DNA from: Escherichia phage vB_EcoM_JS09
Length of the DNA stretch: 64,000 nucleotides
Direction: 5' to 3' (one strand)
Sequence record: NC_024124.2
Of the stretch, positions 27,838-38,673 are shown one piece after another. Under the pieces are notes generated by a model. That model did no database searches. It was not told the DNA's origin and saw nothing but the letters and a program-made list of their open reading frames with translations. Both the position numbers and the translations under genes were made by a program. Position 1 is the stretch's first letter, and every line of letters starts with the position of its first letter.

Positions 27838-29522
27838 AATCATTTAAATTAAATCGTGTTCGTTATCAAAACATCATGTCGGTAGGTGGGAATCCTATTG
27901 ATATCCAATTAGATAAAGTCCAAAAGACATTAATCACTGGTAAAAATGGCGGCGGTAAATCTACGATGTTAGAAGCCATTACTTTCGGACTTTTCGGTAA
28001 ACCATTTCGTGATGTTAAGAAAGGGCAAATCATTAATAGCACGAACAAGAAAGAGCTCTTAGTTGAGCTTTGGATGGAATTCGATGGTAAAAAATACTTC
28101 ATTAAACGTGGCCAAAAGCCCAATATTTTCGAAATCTCCGTTGACGGTGTTCGTCTTGATGAATCTGCCAGCAGTCGTGACTTCCAAGAAGAATTTGAAC
28201 GTAGCATCGGAATGTCATACGCGTCTTTTAAACAAATCGTTGTGCTTGGGACGGCAGGGTATACCCCTTTCATGGCTCTTAGCACCCCTGCTCGTAGAAA
28301 ACTTGTCGAAGACCTTTTAGAAGTCGGCACGCTCGCTGAAATGGATAAAATCAATAAGTCTCAAGTTCGAGAACTTAATTCCCAGGGACAAGTTCTCGAT
28401 GCCAAGAAAGATGGTGTTATCCAACAAATTAAGATTTATAACGAGAATATCGAACGTCAAAAGAAATTATCCGGTGATAATGTAGCGCGTCTACAGAATA
28501 TGTATGACGACCTAGCCAAAGAAGCTCGTTCATTAAAAGCAGAAATCGAAGAAGCTAATGAGCGGCTACTTAATATCGTTCTTGATGAAGACCCTACTGA
28601 GGCATTCAACAAGATAGGACAAGAAGCATTCTTGATTAAATCTAAAATTGACTCATATAACAAAGTTATTAAGATGTATCATGATGGTGGTACATGTCCT
28701 ACTTGTGCATCACAGTTGCACCAGGGTGATCCTATTGTCTCTAAGATTACCGATAAGCTTCATGAATGTAATCACTCATTCGAGCAACTTACATGTCACA
28801 GAGATAATCTGAGTGTCCTAGTGGACGAATATAGAGCTAATGTTAAGACTAAACAGGACCTTGCATCTGATATTCGTACCAAGAAACAAGCAATGATTGC
28901 CACTATTGATAAAGCTAAGAAAGTTAAAGCTGCAATAGAACAAGCCTCGGCGGAATTTATCGACCACGCTGATGAGATAGCTTTGCTTCAAAAAGAACTT
29001 GATAAAATCATTAAAACAAAATCAGATATCGTTCTTGAAAAATACCATCGTGGTATTATCACAGATATGTTAAAAGATTCCGGTATTAAAGGTGCTATCA
29101 TTAAAAAATATGTGCCTCTGTTCAACAAGCAGATTAACTATTATCTTAAAATCATGGAAGCTGATTACGTGTTTTCTATTGATGAAGAATTCAATGAATC
29201 TATAAAATCACGTGGCCGTGAAGATTTTAGTTATGCTTCATTTAGTCAAGGTGAAAAAGCACGTATCGATATCGCATTGTTGTTTACATGGCGAGATATT
29301 GCTGAAAAGGTCTCTGGTGTTAAAATCAACACTCTGATTCTTGATGAGGTTTTTGATGGTGCTGTTGATTCTGAGGCTGTTAAGGCTATAGATACCATTC
29401 TTGGAAGTTTACAAAATACTAATGTGTTCATTATCTCTCATCGAGACCATGACCCTCAACGGTATGGACAACATCTTCAGATGAGCAAAGTTGGACGATT
29501 TACGGTAATGACTGTTTCATAA
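27834..29522 (+). CDS. 46: Recombination endonuclease subunit gp46 (Rad50-like)
   Basis: Walker A GKNGGGKST, central coiled-coil with CPTC zinc hook, C-terminal signature. Confidence 0.9.
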   Translation: MKSFKLNRVRYQNIMSVGGNPIDIQLDKVQKTLITGKNGGGKSTMLEAITFGLFGKPFRDVKKGQIINSTNKKELLVELWMEFDGKKYFIKRGQKPNIFEISVDGVRLDESASSRDFQEEFERSIGMSYASFKQIVVLGTAGYTPFMALSTPARRKLVEDLLEVGTLAEMDKINKSQVRELNSQGQVLDAKKDGVIQQIKIYNENIERQKKLSGDNVARLQNMYDDLAKEARSLKAEIEEANERLLNIVLDEDPTEAFNKIGQEAFLIKSKIDSYNKVIKMYHDGGTCPTCASQLHQGDPIVSKITDKLHECNHSFEQLTCHRDNLSVLVDEYRANVKTKQDLASDIRTKKQAMIATIDKAKKVKAAIEQASAEFIDHADEIALLQKELDKIIKTKSDIVLEKYHRGIITDMLKDSGIKGAIIKKYVPLFNKQINYYLKIMEADYVFSIDEEFNESIKSRGREDFSYASFSQGEKARIDIALLFTWRDIAEKVSGVKINTLILDEVFDGAVDSEAVKAIDTILGSLQNTNVFIISHRDHDPQRYGQHLQMSKVGRFTVMTVS

Positions 29523-29523
29523 A

Positions 29524-29558
29524 CGCTTTAACATGATGTGGTTATAATGACCACATCA
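29524..29558 (+). promoter_or_regulatory. Promoter with TATAAT inside an inverted repeat, upstream of 29577 gene
   Basis: CGCTTTA box, TGATGTGGT-TATAAT-GACCACATCA palindrome. Confidence 0.45.
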
Positions 29559-29576
29559 AATTAAATGGAGAACAAC

Positions 29577-29765
29577 ATGGAGTATTCAACTGGACAACAT
29601 CTTCTCGTTGTCCCTGAAATTAAAAAATATGTTTTGACCAATACGTTTTCAGGTGAAGAACATATTGTTACTGAACAAATGCTCAAATCTGCTTTTAAAG
29701 ATGAGTATAATAAAATAATGTCTAATCGCAATTCCGCATGGACAGTTACCGACTTCTACGAATAA
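29577..29765 (+). CDS. Hypothetical protein
   Basis: ATG 29577 after SD ggag. Confidence 0.45.
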   Translation: MEYSTGQHLLVVPEIKKYVLTNTFSGEEHIVTEQMLKSAFKDEYNKIMSNRNSAWTVTDFYE

Positions 29766-29777
29766 GAGAGAAATAAT

Positions 29778-30194
29778 ATGTTTACTACTGCTAAAGGTTT
29801 CACTGCTGCTGATCTGAAAGTTACTTCTATCCGTACTGACGCTAACCCACATAACCATAATCGTGTTCGTAAAGCATGGGTCCTGCATTGTGATGACGCA
29901 AGTGCTAAAAAACTCCAATCTTTGCCACAAGAAACTCGTTTTATGATTTACGGTTTTATTGATAACGATGTATCTGATATGTGGATTCATCTGATGCGTA
30001 AGCACTATAAAGATTCTATTGAAGCCGGCGGAAAAATCGTTCTTGATAAAGATGGTTCTGAGCGTCTGGAAGATCTCTACTGTGTTGATGCCGACGAACA
30101 ACTAATTGCAGCTGGCGAAATTGTTGCTTCTAAAATTCCAGAATATATTGAATCACTGCCTGAAGCTATTAAAAAGCAGATGGTTGCTGCATAA
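29778..30194 (+). CDS. rpbA: RNA-polymerase-binding protein RpbA-like (by position)
   Basis: Size and position immediately upstream of gene 45 as in T4; sequence identity not verified. Confidence 0.55.
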   Translation: MFTTAKGFTAADLKVTSIRTDANPHNHNRVRKAWVLHCDDASAKKLQSLPQETRFMIYGFIDNDVSDMWIHLMRKHYKDSIEAGGKIVLDKDGSERLEDLYCVDADEQLIAAGEIVASKIPEYIESLPEAIKKQMVAA

Positions 30195-30236
30195 TAAATT
30201 TGTTATAAACTTTGAATTGTCTTGAAAGGAAATAAA

Positions 30237-30923
30237 ATGAAACTGTCTAAAGATACTATCGCTATTCTGAAAAACTTTGCCTCTATTAACTCCGGCATTC
30301 TGCTGAGTCAAGGTAAATTTATTATGACTCGTGCAGTTAATGGCACCACTTATGCGGAAGCAAATATCTCTGATGAAATTGATTTTGACGTAGCACTTTA
30401 TGATTTGAATAGCTTCTTAAGCATTTTGAGTCTAGTGTCTGATGATGCTGAAATTTCAATGCACACTGATGGTAATATTAAAATTGCAGATACACGTTCC
30501 ACAGTTTATTGGCCTGCCGCTGACAAGAGCACCATTGTTTTTCCTAATAAACCAATTCAATTTCCAGTGGCTTCTGTGATTACTGAAATTAAAGCTGAAG
30601 ACCTTCAACAATTGCTTCGAGTTTCACGTGGTCTTCAGATTGATACAATTGCTATTACAAATAAAGATGGTAAAATTGTTATCAACGGCTATAATAAAGT
30701 TGAAGATTCTGGACTAACTCGTCCTAAGTATTCTTTGACTCTTACCGATTATGATGGTTCTAACAACTTTAACTTCGTAATCAATATGGCTAATATGAAA
30801 ATCCAGCCAGGTAACTATAAAGTAATGTTGTGGGGAGCTGGTGATAAAGTTGCAGCTAAGTTTGAAAGCTCTCAAGTAAGTTATGTTATTGCGATGGAAG
30901 CCGATTCTACTCACGACTTCTAA
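30237..30923 (+). CDS. 45: Sliding clamp gp45
   Basis: 228 aa, MKLSKDTIAILKNFASINSGILL... matches recalled T4 gp45. Confidence 0.9.
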   Translation: MKLSKDTIAILKNFASINSGILLSQGKFIMTRAVNGTTYAEANISDEIDFDVALYDLNSFLSILSLVSDDAEISMHTDGNIKIADTRSTVYWPAADKSTIVFPNKPIQFPVASVITEIKAEDLQQLLRVSRGLQIDTIAITNKDGKIVINGYNKVEDSGLTRPKYSLTLTDYDGSNNFNFVINMANMKIQPGNYKVMLWGAGDKVAAKFESSQVSYVIAMEADSTHDF

Positions 30924-30928
30924 GTCAA

Positions 30929-30953
30929 AGCTTTACGTTTATTGTGATACGAT
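30929..30953 (+). promoter_or_regulatory. Middle-promoter-like element upstream of gene 44
   Basis: AGCTTTA, 12-nt spacer, TACGAT; GGAGG...CCTCC hairpin in leader. Confidence 0.4.
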
Positions 30954-30998
30954 TATGGAGGAGAAATCCTCCAGTTTAATGATAATGAGGAAAATTAC

Positions 30999-31961
30999 AT
31001 GATTACTATCAATTCCAAAGAACACATTCTAGAACAGAAATATCGTCCTTCTTCCATTGACGAATGTATTCTGCCTGCGTATGACCATGAAACATTCAAG
31101 TCTTTAGTATCTAAAGGAAAACTTCCTCATATTATTTTACACTCTCCATCTCCTGGTACCGGTAAAACAACCGTAGCAAAAGCATTATGTAATGATATCA
31201 ATGCCGAAATGATGTTCGTCAACGGTTCTGATTGTAAGATTGATTTTGTGCGTGGTCCGTTAACTGCATTCGCTCGTTCAGTCTCAATGGAAGGCAAGCC
31301 TAAAGTTATTGTTATTGATGAATTTGACCGTAGTGGCCTCGCCGAATCACAACGTCACCTTCGTACATTCATGGAAGAATTCTCTAGTAACTGTTCTATT
31401 ATTATTACGGCTAACAACATCGATGGAATTATTGAACCATTACGTAGTCGTTGTCGAGTTATCGAATTCGGACGTCCAACCGAAGAAGATAAAATCTCGA
31501 TGATGAAGAAAATGATTCATCGTATGGTTGAAATCTGTAAGAATGAAAATATCGAAATCGCTGATATGAAAGTTGTTGCAGCTCTGGTTAAAAAGAACTT
31601 CCCGGACTTTCGTCGTACAATTGGACAATTAGACCAGTACTCGTCTAAAGGTGTTCTTGATGCAGGTATTTTGTCTATCGTAACTAATGACCGTGGCACA
31701 GTCTCTGATGTTATCGAAGCAATGAAGAACAAAGATATCAAACAGCTTCGTGCATTAGCTCCAAAATATGCCGCAGATTATTCATGGTTCATCGATAAAT
31801 TAGTTTCAGAATGTTATGACCAAGTTGCACCTGGTAAAAGTATTATTTCGCTTTATGAAATTGCAGGCGAAAACAATAAGTTTCATGGATTAGCAAGTAA
31901 TATTGAATTACATGTTATGTATATGCTTCTTCAACTGACCTGCGAACTGACTTGGAAATAA
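30999..31961 (+). CDS. 44: Clamp-loader large subunit gp44
   Basis: Walker [11 protein letters not shown], Walker B VIVIDEFD, sensor SRC motif. Confidence 0.9.
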   Translation: MITINSKEHILEQKYRPSSIDECILPAYDHETFKSLVSKGKLPHIILHSPSPGTGKTTVAKALCNDINAEMMFVNGSDCKIDFVRGPLTAFARSVSMEGKPKVIVIDEFDRSGLAESQRHLRTFMEEFSSNCSIIITANNIDGIIEPLRSRCRVIEFGRPTEEDKISMMKKMIHRMVEICKNENIEIADMKVVAALVKKNFPDFRRTIGQLDQYSSKGVLDAGILSIVTNDRGTVSDVIEAMKNKDIKQLRALAPKYAADYSWFIDKLVSECYDQVAPGKSIISLYEIAGENNKFHGLASNIELHVMYMLLQLTCELTWK

Positions 31962-31962
31962 T

Positions 31963-32526
31963 ATGAACTTATTCGATGATGACGTCCGGCTTAACGAGCA
32001 CCAAATTGCATGGAAGTCTAATGACGCTGATGCGATTCAAAAATGTGCTGATATGTTTAAAGAAAAACCTGAGAATGAATTCTTTAAAATCATTAATGCT
32101 ATTAATGAAAAGAAATCTATGTCAATTGCTCAGGTCGACTACTCAAAATTTATGGTTGAGAACTCATTATCCCAGTTCCCAGAATGTATGCCAGCTGTTT
32201 ACATGATGAACTTAGTCGGTTCTGAATTAAGTGATGAAGCGCACTTCAACTATATGATGGCGGCAATTCCGCGTGGTCGTCGATTCTCTAAATGGGCTAA
32301 ACTGGTTGAAGACACTTCAGAGTTACTAGTTATCAAACTGTTGATGAAACATTACACAATCAACATGAATGATGCTACTGAGTATAAGCGGCTCCTTGAA
32401 AAAAATAACAAGTTGCCAATAGTCCTTAAAGAACTGAAGGCCATGGTCACTGATGAGTTTCTCAAAGAAGTTACAAAAAATGTGAAAGAACAAAAACAAT
32501 TTAAAAAATTAGCATTGGAATGGTAA
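31963..32526 (+). CDS. 62: Clamp-loader small subunit gp62
   Basis: 187 aa, positioned between 44 and regA as in T4. Confidence 0.85.
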   Translation: MNLFDDDVRLNEHQIAWKSNDADAIQKCADMFKEKPENEFFKIINAINEKKSMSIAQVDYSKFMVENSLSQFPECMPAVYMMNLVGSELSDEAHFNYMMAAIPRGRRFSKWAKLVEDTSELLVIKLLMKHYTINMNDATEYKRLLEKNNKLPIVLKELKAMVTDEFLKEVTKNVKEQKQFKKLALEW

Positions 32527-32528
32527 AA

Positions 32529-32897
32529 ATGATTGAAATTAAATTGAAGAACCCTGAAGATTTTCTGAAAGTCAAAGAGACTTTGACCCGTATGGGCATC
32601 GCTAATAACAAGGATAAAGTCCTTTACCAGTCTTGTCATATCCTCCAAAAGCAAGGTAAATATTACATCGTCCACTTTAAAGAAATGCTGCGTATGGACG
32701 GACGTCAGGTTGATATTGATGGTGAAGACTATCAGCGACGTGATTCGATTGCTCAGTTGCTTGAAGACTGGGGATTGATTGTTATTGAAGACTCTGCTCG
32801 TGAAGATCTATTTAGCCTGACTAATAACTTCCGTGTTATCTCTTTTAAACAGAAAGATGACTGGACTTTGAAAGCAAAATATACAATTGGTAATTAA
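32529..32897 (+). CDS. regA: Translational repressor RegA
   Basis: MIEIKLKNPEDFLKVKETLTRMGIANNKDKVLYQSCHILQKQGKYYIVHFKEML matches recalled T4 RegA. Confidence 0.9.
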   Translation: MIEIKLKNPEDFLKVKETLTRMGIANNKDKVLYQSCHILQKQGKYYIVHFKEMLRMDGRQVDIDGEDYQRRDSIAQLLEDWGLIVIEDSAREDLFSLTNNFRVISFKQKDDWTLKAKYTIGN

Positions 32898-32902
32898 AGC
32901 AA

Positions 32903-32920
32903 TGGGACTTCGGTCCCATT
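32903..32920 (+). terminator. CUUCGG hairpin downstream of regA / upstream of gene 43
   Basis: TGGGAC-TTCG-GTCCCA then TTTGG and TATAAT. Confidence 0.45.
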
Positions 32921-32978
32921 TGGAGTATAATAAGTTCATCAACAAACAAAAGACAATAACTCGTCTAAAGGAAATTAA

Positions 32979-35690
32979 ATGAAAGAATTTTACTTAACGG
33001 TTGAACAGATTGGTGATTCAATTTTTGAACGTTACATCGATTCTAACGGCCGTGAACGTACTCGTGAAGTAGAATATAAACCATCACTGTTTGCTCATTG
33101 TCCGGAAAGTCAGGCTACGAAATATTTCGATATCTACGGTAAGCCGTGTACTCGTAAGTTGTTCGCTAATATGCGTGATGCCTCACAATGGATTAAACGC
33201 ATGGAAGATATCGGACTTGAAGCACTTGGCATGGACGATTTCAAATTGGCGTATTTGTCTGACACTTATAACTATGAAATCAAATACGACCATACAAAAA
33301 TTCGTGTGGCTAACTTCGACATCGAAGTAACATCTCCGGATGGGTTCCCTGAGCCGTCACAAGCAAAACATCCTATTGATGCTATCACTCATTATGACTC
33401 AATTGACGACAGGTTCTACGTATTTGATCTATTGAATTCTCCATATGGTAATGTGGAAGAATGGTCTATCGAAATTGCAGCTAAGCTTCAAGAACAAGGT
33501 GGTGATGAAGTTCCATCCGAAATTATCGATAAAATCATTTATATGCCGTTCGATAACGAAAAAGAATTGTTGATGGAATATCTCAACTTCTGGCAACAGA
33601 AAACTCCTGTCATTTTGACTGGATGGAACGTTGAGTCATTTGATATTCCATATGTGTATAACCGAATCAAGAATATTTTTGGCGAATCTACTGCGAAACG
33701 TTTATCACCACATCGTAAAACTCGTGTTAAAGTTATCGAAAACATGTATGGTTCTCGTGAAATCATTACACTGTTCGGTATCTCTGTTCTTGATTACATT
33801 GACCTTTACAAAAAATTCTCTTTTACCAATCAACCGTCGTATTCTCTGGATTACATTTCAGAATTTGAATTGAACGTTGGTAAACTGAAATATGACGGCC
33901 CTATTTCTAAGCTTCGTGAAAGCAATCACCAACGATATATTTCTTATAACATTATCGACGTGTATCGTGTATTGCAAATTGATGCTAAGCGTCAGTTCAT
34001 CAACTTGAGTTTGGACATGGGTTATTATGCTAAGATACAGATTCAATCCGTGTTTAGCCCAATTAAAACATGGGATGCTATTATTTTTAATAGCCTTAAA
34101 GAACAAAACAAGGTGATTCCACAAGGTCGTTCTCACCCGGTTCAACCTTATCCTGGCGCTTTTGTTAAGGAACCTATTCCAAATCGATACAAATATGTAA
34201 TGAGTTTCGACCTTACATCTCTGTATCCAAGTATTATTCGCCAAGTGAATATTAGCCCAGAAACAATAGCAGGAACGTTTAAAGTAGCTCCACTGCATGA
34301 TTATATTAACGCAATCGCTGAACGTCCTTCAGATGTGTACAGTTGCTCTCCTAACGGCATGATGTATTATAAAGACCGTGATGGTGTAGTTCCAACTGAA
34401 ATCACTAAGGTCTTTAATCAACGTAAAGAACATAAAGGTTACATGCTTGCAGCTCAACGTAATGGTGAAATAATTAAAGAGGCATTGCATAATCCTAATC
34501 TTTCTGTTGACGAACCATTAGATGTTGATTATCGTTTCGACTTCAGTGATGAGATTAAAGAAAAGATTAAAAAGTTGTCTGCTAAATCTCTTAATGAAAT
34601 GTTGTTTAGAGCTCAACGTACTGAAGTTGCAGGTATGACTGCACAGATTAACCGTAAATTGCTCATCAACTCACTTTATGGTGCACTTGGAAACGTTTGG
34701 TTCCGTTATTATGATTTGCGTAATGCTACTGCAATCACAACATTTGGTCAAATGGCTTTACAGTGGATTGAACGTAAAGTTAATGAATATCTGAATGAAG
34801 TTTGTGGTACAGAAGGCGAAGCTTTCGTTCTTTATGGTGATACAGACTCTATTTACGTATCTGCTGATAAAATTATCGATAAGGTTGGTGAATCTAAATT
34901 CCGTGATACCAACCATTGGGTAGACTTCTTAGATAAGTTCGCTCGTGAACGTATGGAACCTGCTATTGATAGAGGTTTCCGTGAAATGTGCGAATACATG
35001 AACAATAAGCAACATTTGATGTTCATGGACCGAGAAGCTATCGCTGGGCCTCCGCTTGGTTCTAAAGGTATTGGCGGATTTTGGACTGGTAAGAAACGTT
35101 ATGCATTAAACGTGTGGGATATGGAAGGTACTCGTTACGCTGAGCCTAAACTCAAAATCATGGGTCTAGAGACTCAGAAATCTTCGACTCCTAAAGCAGT
35201 ACAGAAAGCTCTTAAAGAATGTATTCGTCGTATGCTTCAGGAAGGTGAAGAATCATTACAAGAATATTTTAAAGAGTTTGAAAAAGAATTCCGTCAATTG
35301 AATTATATTAGCATCGCGTCGGTATCTTCTGCGAATAACATTGCTAAATACGACGTCGGTGGATTCCCTGGTCCCAAATGCCCGTTCCATATTCGTGGAA
35401 TTCTGACGTATAACCGGGCTATCAAAGGTAATATCGATGCACCGCAAGTTGTAGAAGGTGAAAAAGTATATGTTCTGCCTTTACGTGAAGGAAACCCATT
35501 CGGTGATAAATGTATCGCATGGCCTTCTGGCACTGAAATCACAGATTTAATTAAAGACGACGTACTTCATTGGATGGACTACACTGTTCTCCTTGAGAAG
35601 ACATTTATTAAACCACTTGAAGGATTCACATCAGCAGCGAAACTCGATTACGAGAAGAAAGCATCTCTATTCGATATGTTCGATTTTTGA
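32979..35690 (+). CDS. 43: DNA polymerase gp43 (family B)
   Basis: 903 aa; exonuclease motif FDIEV, polymerase motifs DLTSLYPSII, KLLINSLYGALG, YGDTDS. Confidence 0.95.
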   Translation: MKEFYLTVEQIGDSIFERYIDSNGRERTREVEYKPSLFAHCPESQATKYFDIYGKPCTRKLFANMRDASQWIKRMEDIGLEALGMDDFKLAYLSDTYNYEIKYDHTKIRVANFDIEVTSPDGFPEPSQAKHPIDAITHYDSIDDRFYVFDLLNSPYGNVEEWSIEIAAKLQEQGGDEVPSEIIDKIIYMPFDNEKELLMEYLNFWQQKTPVILTGWNVESFDIPYVYNRIKNIFGESTAKRLSPHRKTRVKVIENMYGSREIITLFGISVLDYIDLYKKFSFTNQPSYSLDYISEFELNVGKLKYDGPISKLRESNHQRYISYNIIDVYRVLQIDAKRQFINLSLDMGYYAKIQIQSVFSPIKTWDAIIFNSLKEQNKVIPQGRSHPVQPYPGAFVKEPIPNRYKYVMSFDLTSLYPSIIRQVNISPETIAGTFKVAPLHDYINAIAERPSDVYSCSPNGMMYYKDRDGVVPTEITKVFNQRKEHKGYMLAAQRNGEIIKEALHNPNLSVDEPLDVDYRFDFSDEIKEKIKKLSAKSLNEMLFRAQRTEVAGMTAQINRKLLINSLYGALGNVWFRYYDLRNATAITTFGQMALQWIERKVNEYLNEVCGTEGEAFVLYGDTDSIYVSADKIIDKVGESKFRDTNHWVDFLDKFARERMEPAIDRGFREMCEYMNNKQHLMFMDREAIAGPPLGSKGIGGFWTGKKRYALNVWDMEGTRYAEPKLKIMGLETQKSSTPKAVQKALKECIRRMLQEGEESLQEYFKEFEKEFRQLNYISIASVSSANNIAKYDVGGFPGPKCPFHIRGILTYNRAIKGNIDAPQVVEGEKVYVLPLREGNPFGDKCIAWPSGTEITDLIKDDVLHWMDYTVLLEKTFIKPLEGFTSAAKLDYEKKASLFDMFDF

Positions 35691-35730
35691 TATAATGACA
35701 TGGACGGTAAACTAATTAAATGAGAGAAAT

Positions 35731-36366
35731 ATGAAAACTACTCCTATTACTATCGCTATTGACGCAATCATAAAACAAGCTTCTTCTTTGGCCGCTATGG
35801 CCAAAGTAATTAGTCAAAACCCTGCTCGTTATAATGCTATTCTAGAAACTCTTCGACGCCCTGGACTTAGTAATTATGAAAGTCGTGTAATTATTACAGG
35901 TGTTGGTAAGAACGCTAATATCGCAACTAAAGCTTCTGAGACATTTGCTTCACTCGGTATCCCGAGTATGTACTTGAACACCGGGCATTATTCTCACGGT
36001 GATGCAGGATTCATTGCGCCTAATGATGTGTTGATTCATATTAGTCGTTCTGGTAAAACTGAAGAAATGATAGGCGTGGCTAAGCATCTTAAAACGATTC
36101 GTCCGAACGTCAAACAGATTCTGTTGCATTGTAACCCAGACATTCCACAAGAAAATGAAGCCCTTTTTGATTACTCTTTCTGTACAGGCATCGCAGTAGA
36201 GGTTGATGAGAATTCTCTGGCTCCGACCATGTCCACTACATTGTTGTTAGCGCTTATCGATACTTTTGCTATCAACCTTTCGTCTGAGCGTGGATTTACC
36301 TCTAATGACTTCCTTAAGTTCCACCCTGGCGGTGCACTAGGTGCCATGTTACGAGGCGAACAATGA
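35731..36366 (+). CDS. SIS-domain sugar-phosphate isomerase (arabinose-5-phosphate-isomerase-like, KdsD/GutQ-type)
   Basis: ITGVGKNANIATKASETFASLGIPS...HGDAGFIAPNDVLIHISRSGKTEE...LAPTMSTT...HPGGALGAM mirrors the KdsD/GutQ SIS domain; no CBS domains. Confidence 0.75.
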   Translation: MKTTPITIAIDAIIKQASSLAAMAKVISQNPARYNAILETLRRPGLSNYESRVIITGVGKNANIATKASETFASLGIPSMYLNTGHYSHGDAGFIAPNDVLIHISRSGKTEEMIGVAKHLKTIRPNVKQILLHCNPDIPQENEALFDYSFCTGIAVEVDENSLAPTMSTTLLLALIDTFAINLSSERGFTSNDFLKFHPGGALGAMLRGEQ

Positions 36367-36506
36367 AAGCAATAACAATAGGACTTTTACTATTGATGCT
36401 TGTCATGACTATCTACTGGAGCTTAACGGCTCCAGTAATGATTCCAACACTTGTAATCGGATGGATTATGATTGGACTACAAGCAAAGTATGAATGCTTT
36501 AACTAG
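36363..36506 (+). CDS. Small hydrophobic membrane peptide (47 aa)
   Basis: MKAITIGLLLLMLVMTIYWSL...TLVIGWIMIGL; ATGA overlap with SIS gene; T4 imm lies at this locus. Confidence 0.35.
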   Translation: MKAITIGLLLLMLVMTIYWSLTAPVMIPTLVIGWIMIGLQAKYECFN

Positions 36507-36547
36507 AATAGTGTACAATACTCCTACTTACTAATGAGGACCACAAC

Positions 36548-38233
36548 ATGAAAAAAGCTGTTATTCTTGGTGCTGGACTGGCAACTCGTTTGTATCCAAT
36601 AACGCATCATATTCCTAAGGTGCTTGTTAACTATAAACAAGACACTATTCTGAGCAATTTGTATACAATTTATTCTGACCTTGGTGCAGATGAAATTATT
36701 GTAGTAGTTCATTCAAAATTTGCTGAAACTGTTCGAGCTTATTGTGAGCAAGAAGGGTTCAATGTGACTATTCGTACAGTTGATGAAGCATATGGTTCTG
36801 CTTATGCTCTTGCTAAATTACACAAAGATTTAGACGGCCATAATGTAATTGTTAACTGGTGTGATATTATTCCTGATTTTGGTTCATGGTCTTGGAATGT
36901 TAACGCAATCTATGTTAAGGGTGACGAATGTCGATATAATTTCGACGGTGAAAATATCACTAACGTAGGTTCAACAGGTGGTAATGTTGTAGGAATTTAT
37001 CAGTTCAAAGACTGGGAATTCTATATGGGTTCTACTGATGAGGAAATTCATGAATACTGCAAAGGACGTGATTTCGTAGAATTCCTTTACGGCAGCGCAT
37101 TCAATAAATCAGAGCTTATGAATCTAATTGATTTAGGTGATATGCCTAAACTTGAAAAAGCTCATGAAGTTCGTGAACTTAATCGTAGTTTTAATGCAGT
37201 TGAAATTGGTGAAGAAACTGTAACTAAATTCGCATTAACCGAACAGGGCCGAGCTCTTCAGAAAGATGAGATTTCATGGTATCTTAAAGTGAAATCAGAT
37301 TCAGTTCCTCAGTTAGTTTCTGTTAATGAAAATAACTTTGAAATGGAACGCATTAAAGGTAAGCCGGCATTTGAATATATTAAATCCAAATCGAGTCTTG
37401 CTCGTCCACAAATTGTTGATGCAATTTTAGACGCACTGAAATTCAGCACAGACACTTATTTTGTAAGTCCTGAAACTGTTCGTCGTGATTTCACTAAAGA
37501 ATTCTATACGAAAGTTATTGATCGTTGTGAAAGCATTCAACCATTGATTGATTCATTTGGTAAAATCACACATGTGAACTACACTAAGATTGGACGTCTG
37601 AAGCCAATGTTGAAACAAGCTTTAGAACACCTTATTCGTTATCATAACCGTTCTCAGGGACAGTACTCTGTTATTCATGGCGACCCGAACTTCAGTAATA
37701 CTATGATTACTGATAATGGTGAAGTCAAGTTTATCGACCCTCGCGGATATTTTGGCGAAACCAAGATTTATGGGCCAAAATTGTATGATGAAGCTAAAGT
37801 GCTTTATGCTGTTTCAGGTTATGATGAATTCAACGCTAATCCGACCTGGGGACAGTTTACTATTGATGAAACAACTTGTAATGTGACTATTAACATCAAT
37901 CCATTAGTTTACAAATATGGAAAGATGAGTTCGTTTAACGAGTATCATCATTTGGCTGTAGCAATTATCTGGATTGCATTAGGTGGTTATTTCAAGAATA
38001 ATCCACTTAAAGCGGTAGCCGCATATTATAAAGGTATGGAACTTCTGACTAAGCAATTACGTAACATGGGCCGTGTACTTCAGGACGGCTCTATTAGTTA
38101 TGACGTAGCAGAACCTGTAACGGCTACTCTGATTACAAAAAATCCTGGTAAATGGGTACTAACTGATAAAGAAACTGGTGTTTCCTATCGTCCAATCGGT
38201 GGCGATATCACTCATCAATGGGAACGAATCTAA
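36548..38233 (+). CDS. Bifunctional sugar-1-phosphate nucleotidyltransferase / kinase-like protein
   Basis: N-terminus MKKAVILGAGLATRLYPITHHIPKVLV is NTP-transferase-like; C-terminus VIHGDPNFSNTMITDNGEVKFIDPRGYFG resembles the APH/choline-kinase catalytic loop. Confidence 0.65.
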   Translation: MKKAVILGAGLATRLYPITHHIPKVLVNYKQDTILSNLYTIYSDLGADEIIVVVHSKFAETVRAYCEQEGFNVTIRTVDEAYGSAYALAKLHKDLDGHNVIVNWCDIIPDFGSWSWNVNAIYVKGDECRYNFDGENITNVGSTGGNVVGIYQFKDWEFYMGSTDEEIHEYCKGRDFVEFLYGSAFNKSELMNLIDLGDMPKLEKAHEVRELNRSFNAVEIGEETVTKFALTEQGRALQKDEISWYLKVKSDSVPQLVSVNENNFEMERIKGKPAFEYIKSKSSLARPQIVDAILDALKFSTDTYFVSPETVRRDFTKEFYTKVIDRCESIQPLIDSFGKITHVNYTKIGRLKPMLKQALEHLIRYHNRSQGQYSVIHGDPNFSNTMITDNGEVKFIDPRGYFGETKIYGPKLYDEAKVLYAVSGYDEFNANPTWGQFTIDETTCNVTININPLVYKYGKMSSFNEYHHLAVAIIWIALGGYFKNNPLKAVAAYYKGMELLTKQLRNMGRVLQDGSISYDVAEPVTATLITKNPGKWVLTDKETGVSYRPIGGDITHQWERI

Positions 38234-38619
38234 TGCACCGTGTAGAAAACATGCTTAATCTTTGTTTTGATGTCGATGATTGTATAACAGAGTGGAATAA
38301 CAATCGTGATTACGTGAACTTCAAACCAGACGTCGAAATGGTGACTGCCATTAATGCCCTGTATGATGCAGGGCATACAATAACGCTTTACACTGCTCGC
38401 GGTATGAAGTCAGTCGGTCCTGGTCGTATAGCAATTGACATTCTCCCAAGTCTGATTCAGAACTTGGCAAACATTGGATTGAAGTACCATAATTTGCTAA
38501 CACATAAACCAGTATATGATTGGATTATCGACGACAAAGCTATGCGTCCTGACGAATTCAAAGCTCTTATGAATAAAGGCGAATTCGAAACATTTAAATC
38601 ATATAAACCGAATCTATAA
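38233..38619 (+). CDS. HAD-superfamily phosphatase
   Basis: Motif I LCFDVDDCIT, motif II TLYTARG, motif III K...IIDDKA; TAATG coupling to upstream gene. Confidence 0.6.
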   Translation: MHRVENMLNLCFDVDDCITEWNNNRDYVNFKPDVEMVTAINALYDAGHTITLYTARGMKSVGPGRIAIDILPSLIQNLANIGLKYHNLLTHKPVYDWIIDDKAMRPDEFKALMNKGEFETFKSYKPNL

Positions 38620-38673
38620 TAATTTAAGTAAGACCTGCAAAAACCATCGCAACAATTAACGCGAGATGCAAAA

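Noticed and set aside
27866-28354. 162-aa minus-strand ORF inside gene 46
   Set aside because: Antisense to a well-supported Rad50-like gene; Ser/Leu-rich product typical of antisense reading of AT-rich coding sequence; no SD
29649-30101. 150-aa minus-strand ORF overlapping rpbA region
   Set aside because: Overlaps two + strand genes; hydrophobic low-complexity translation; no SD
33858-34298. 146-aa minus-strand ORF inside DNA polymerase gene
   Set aside because: Antisense artefact within gene 43; no ribosome-binding site
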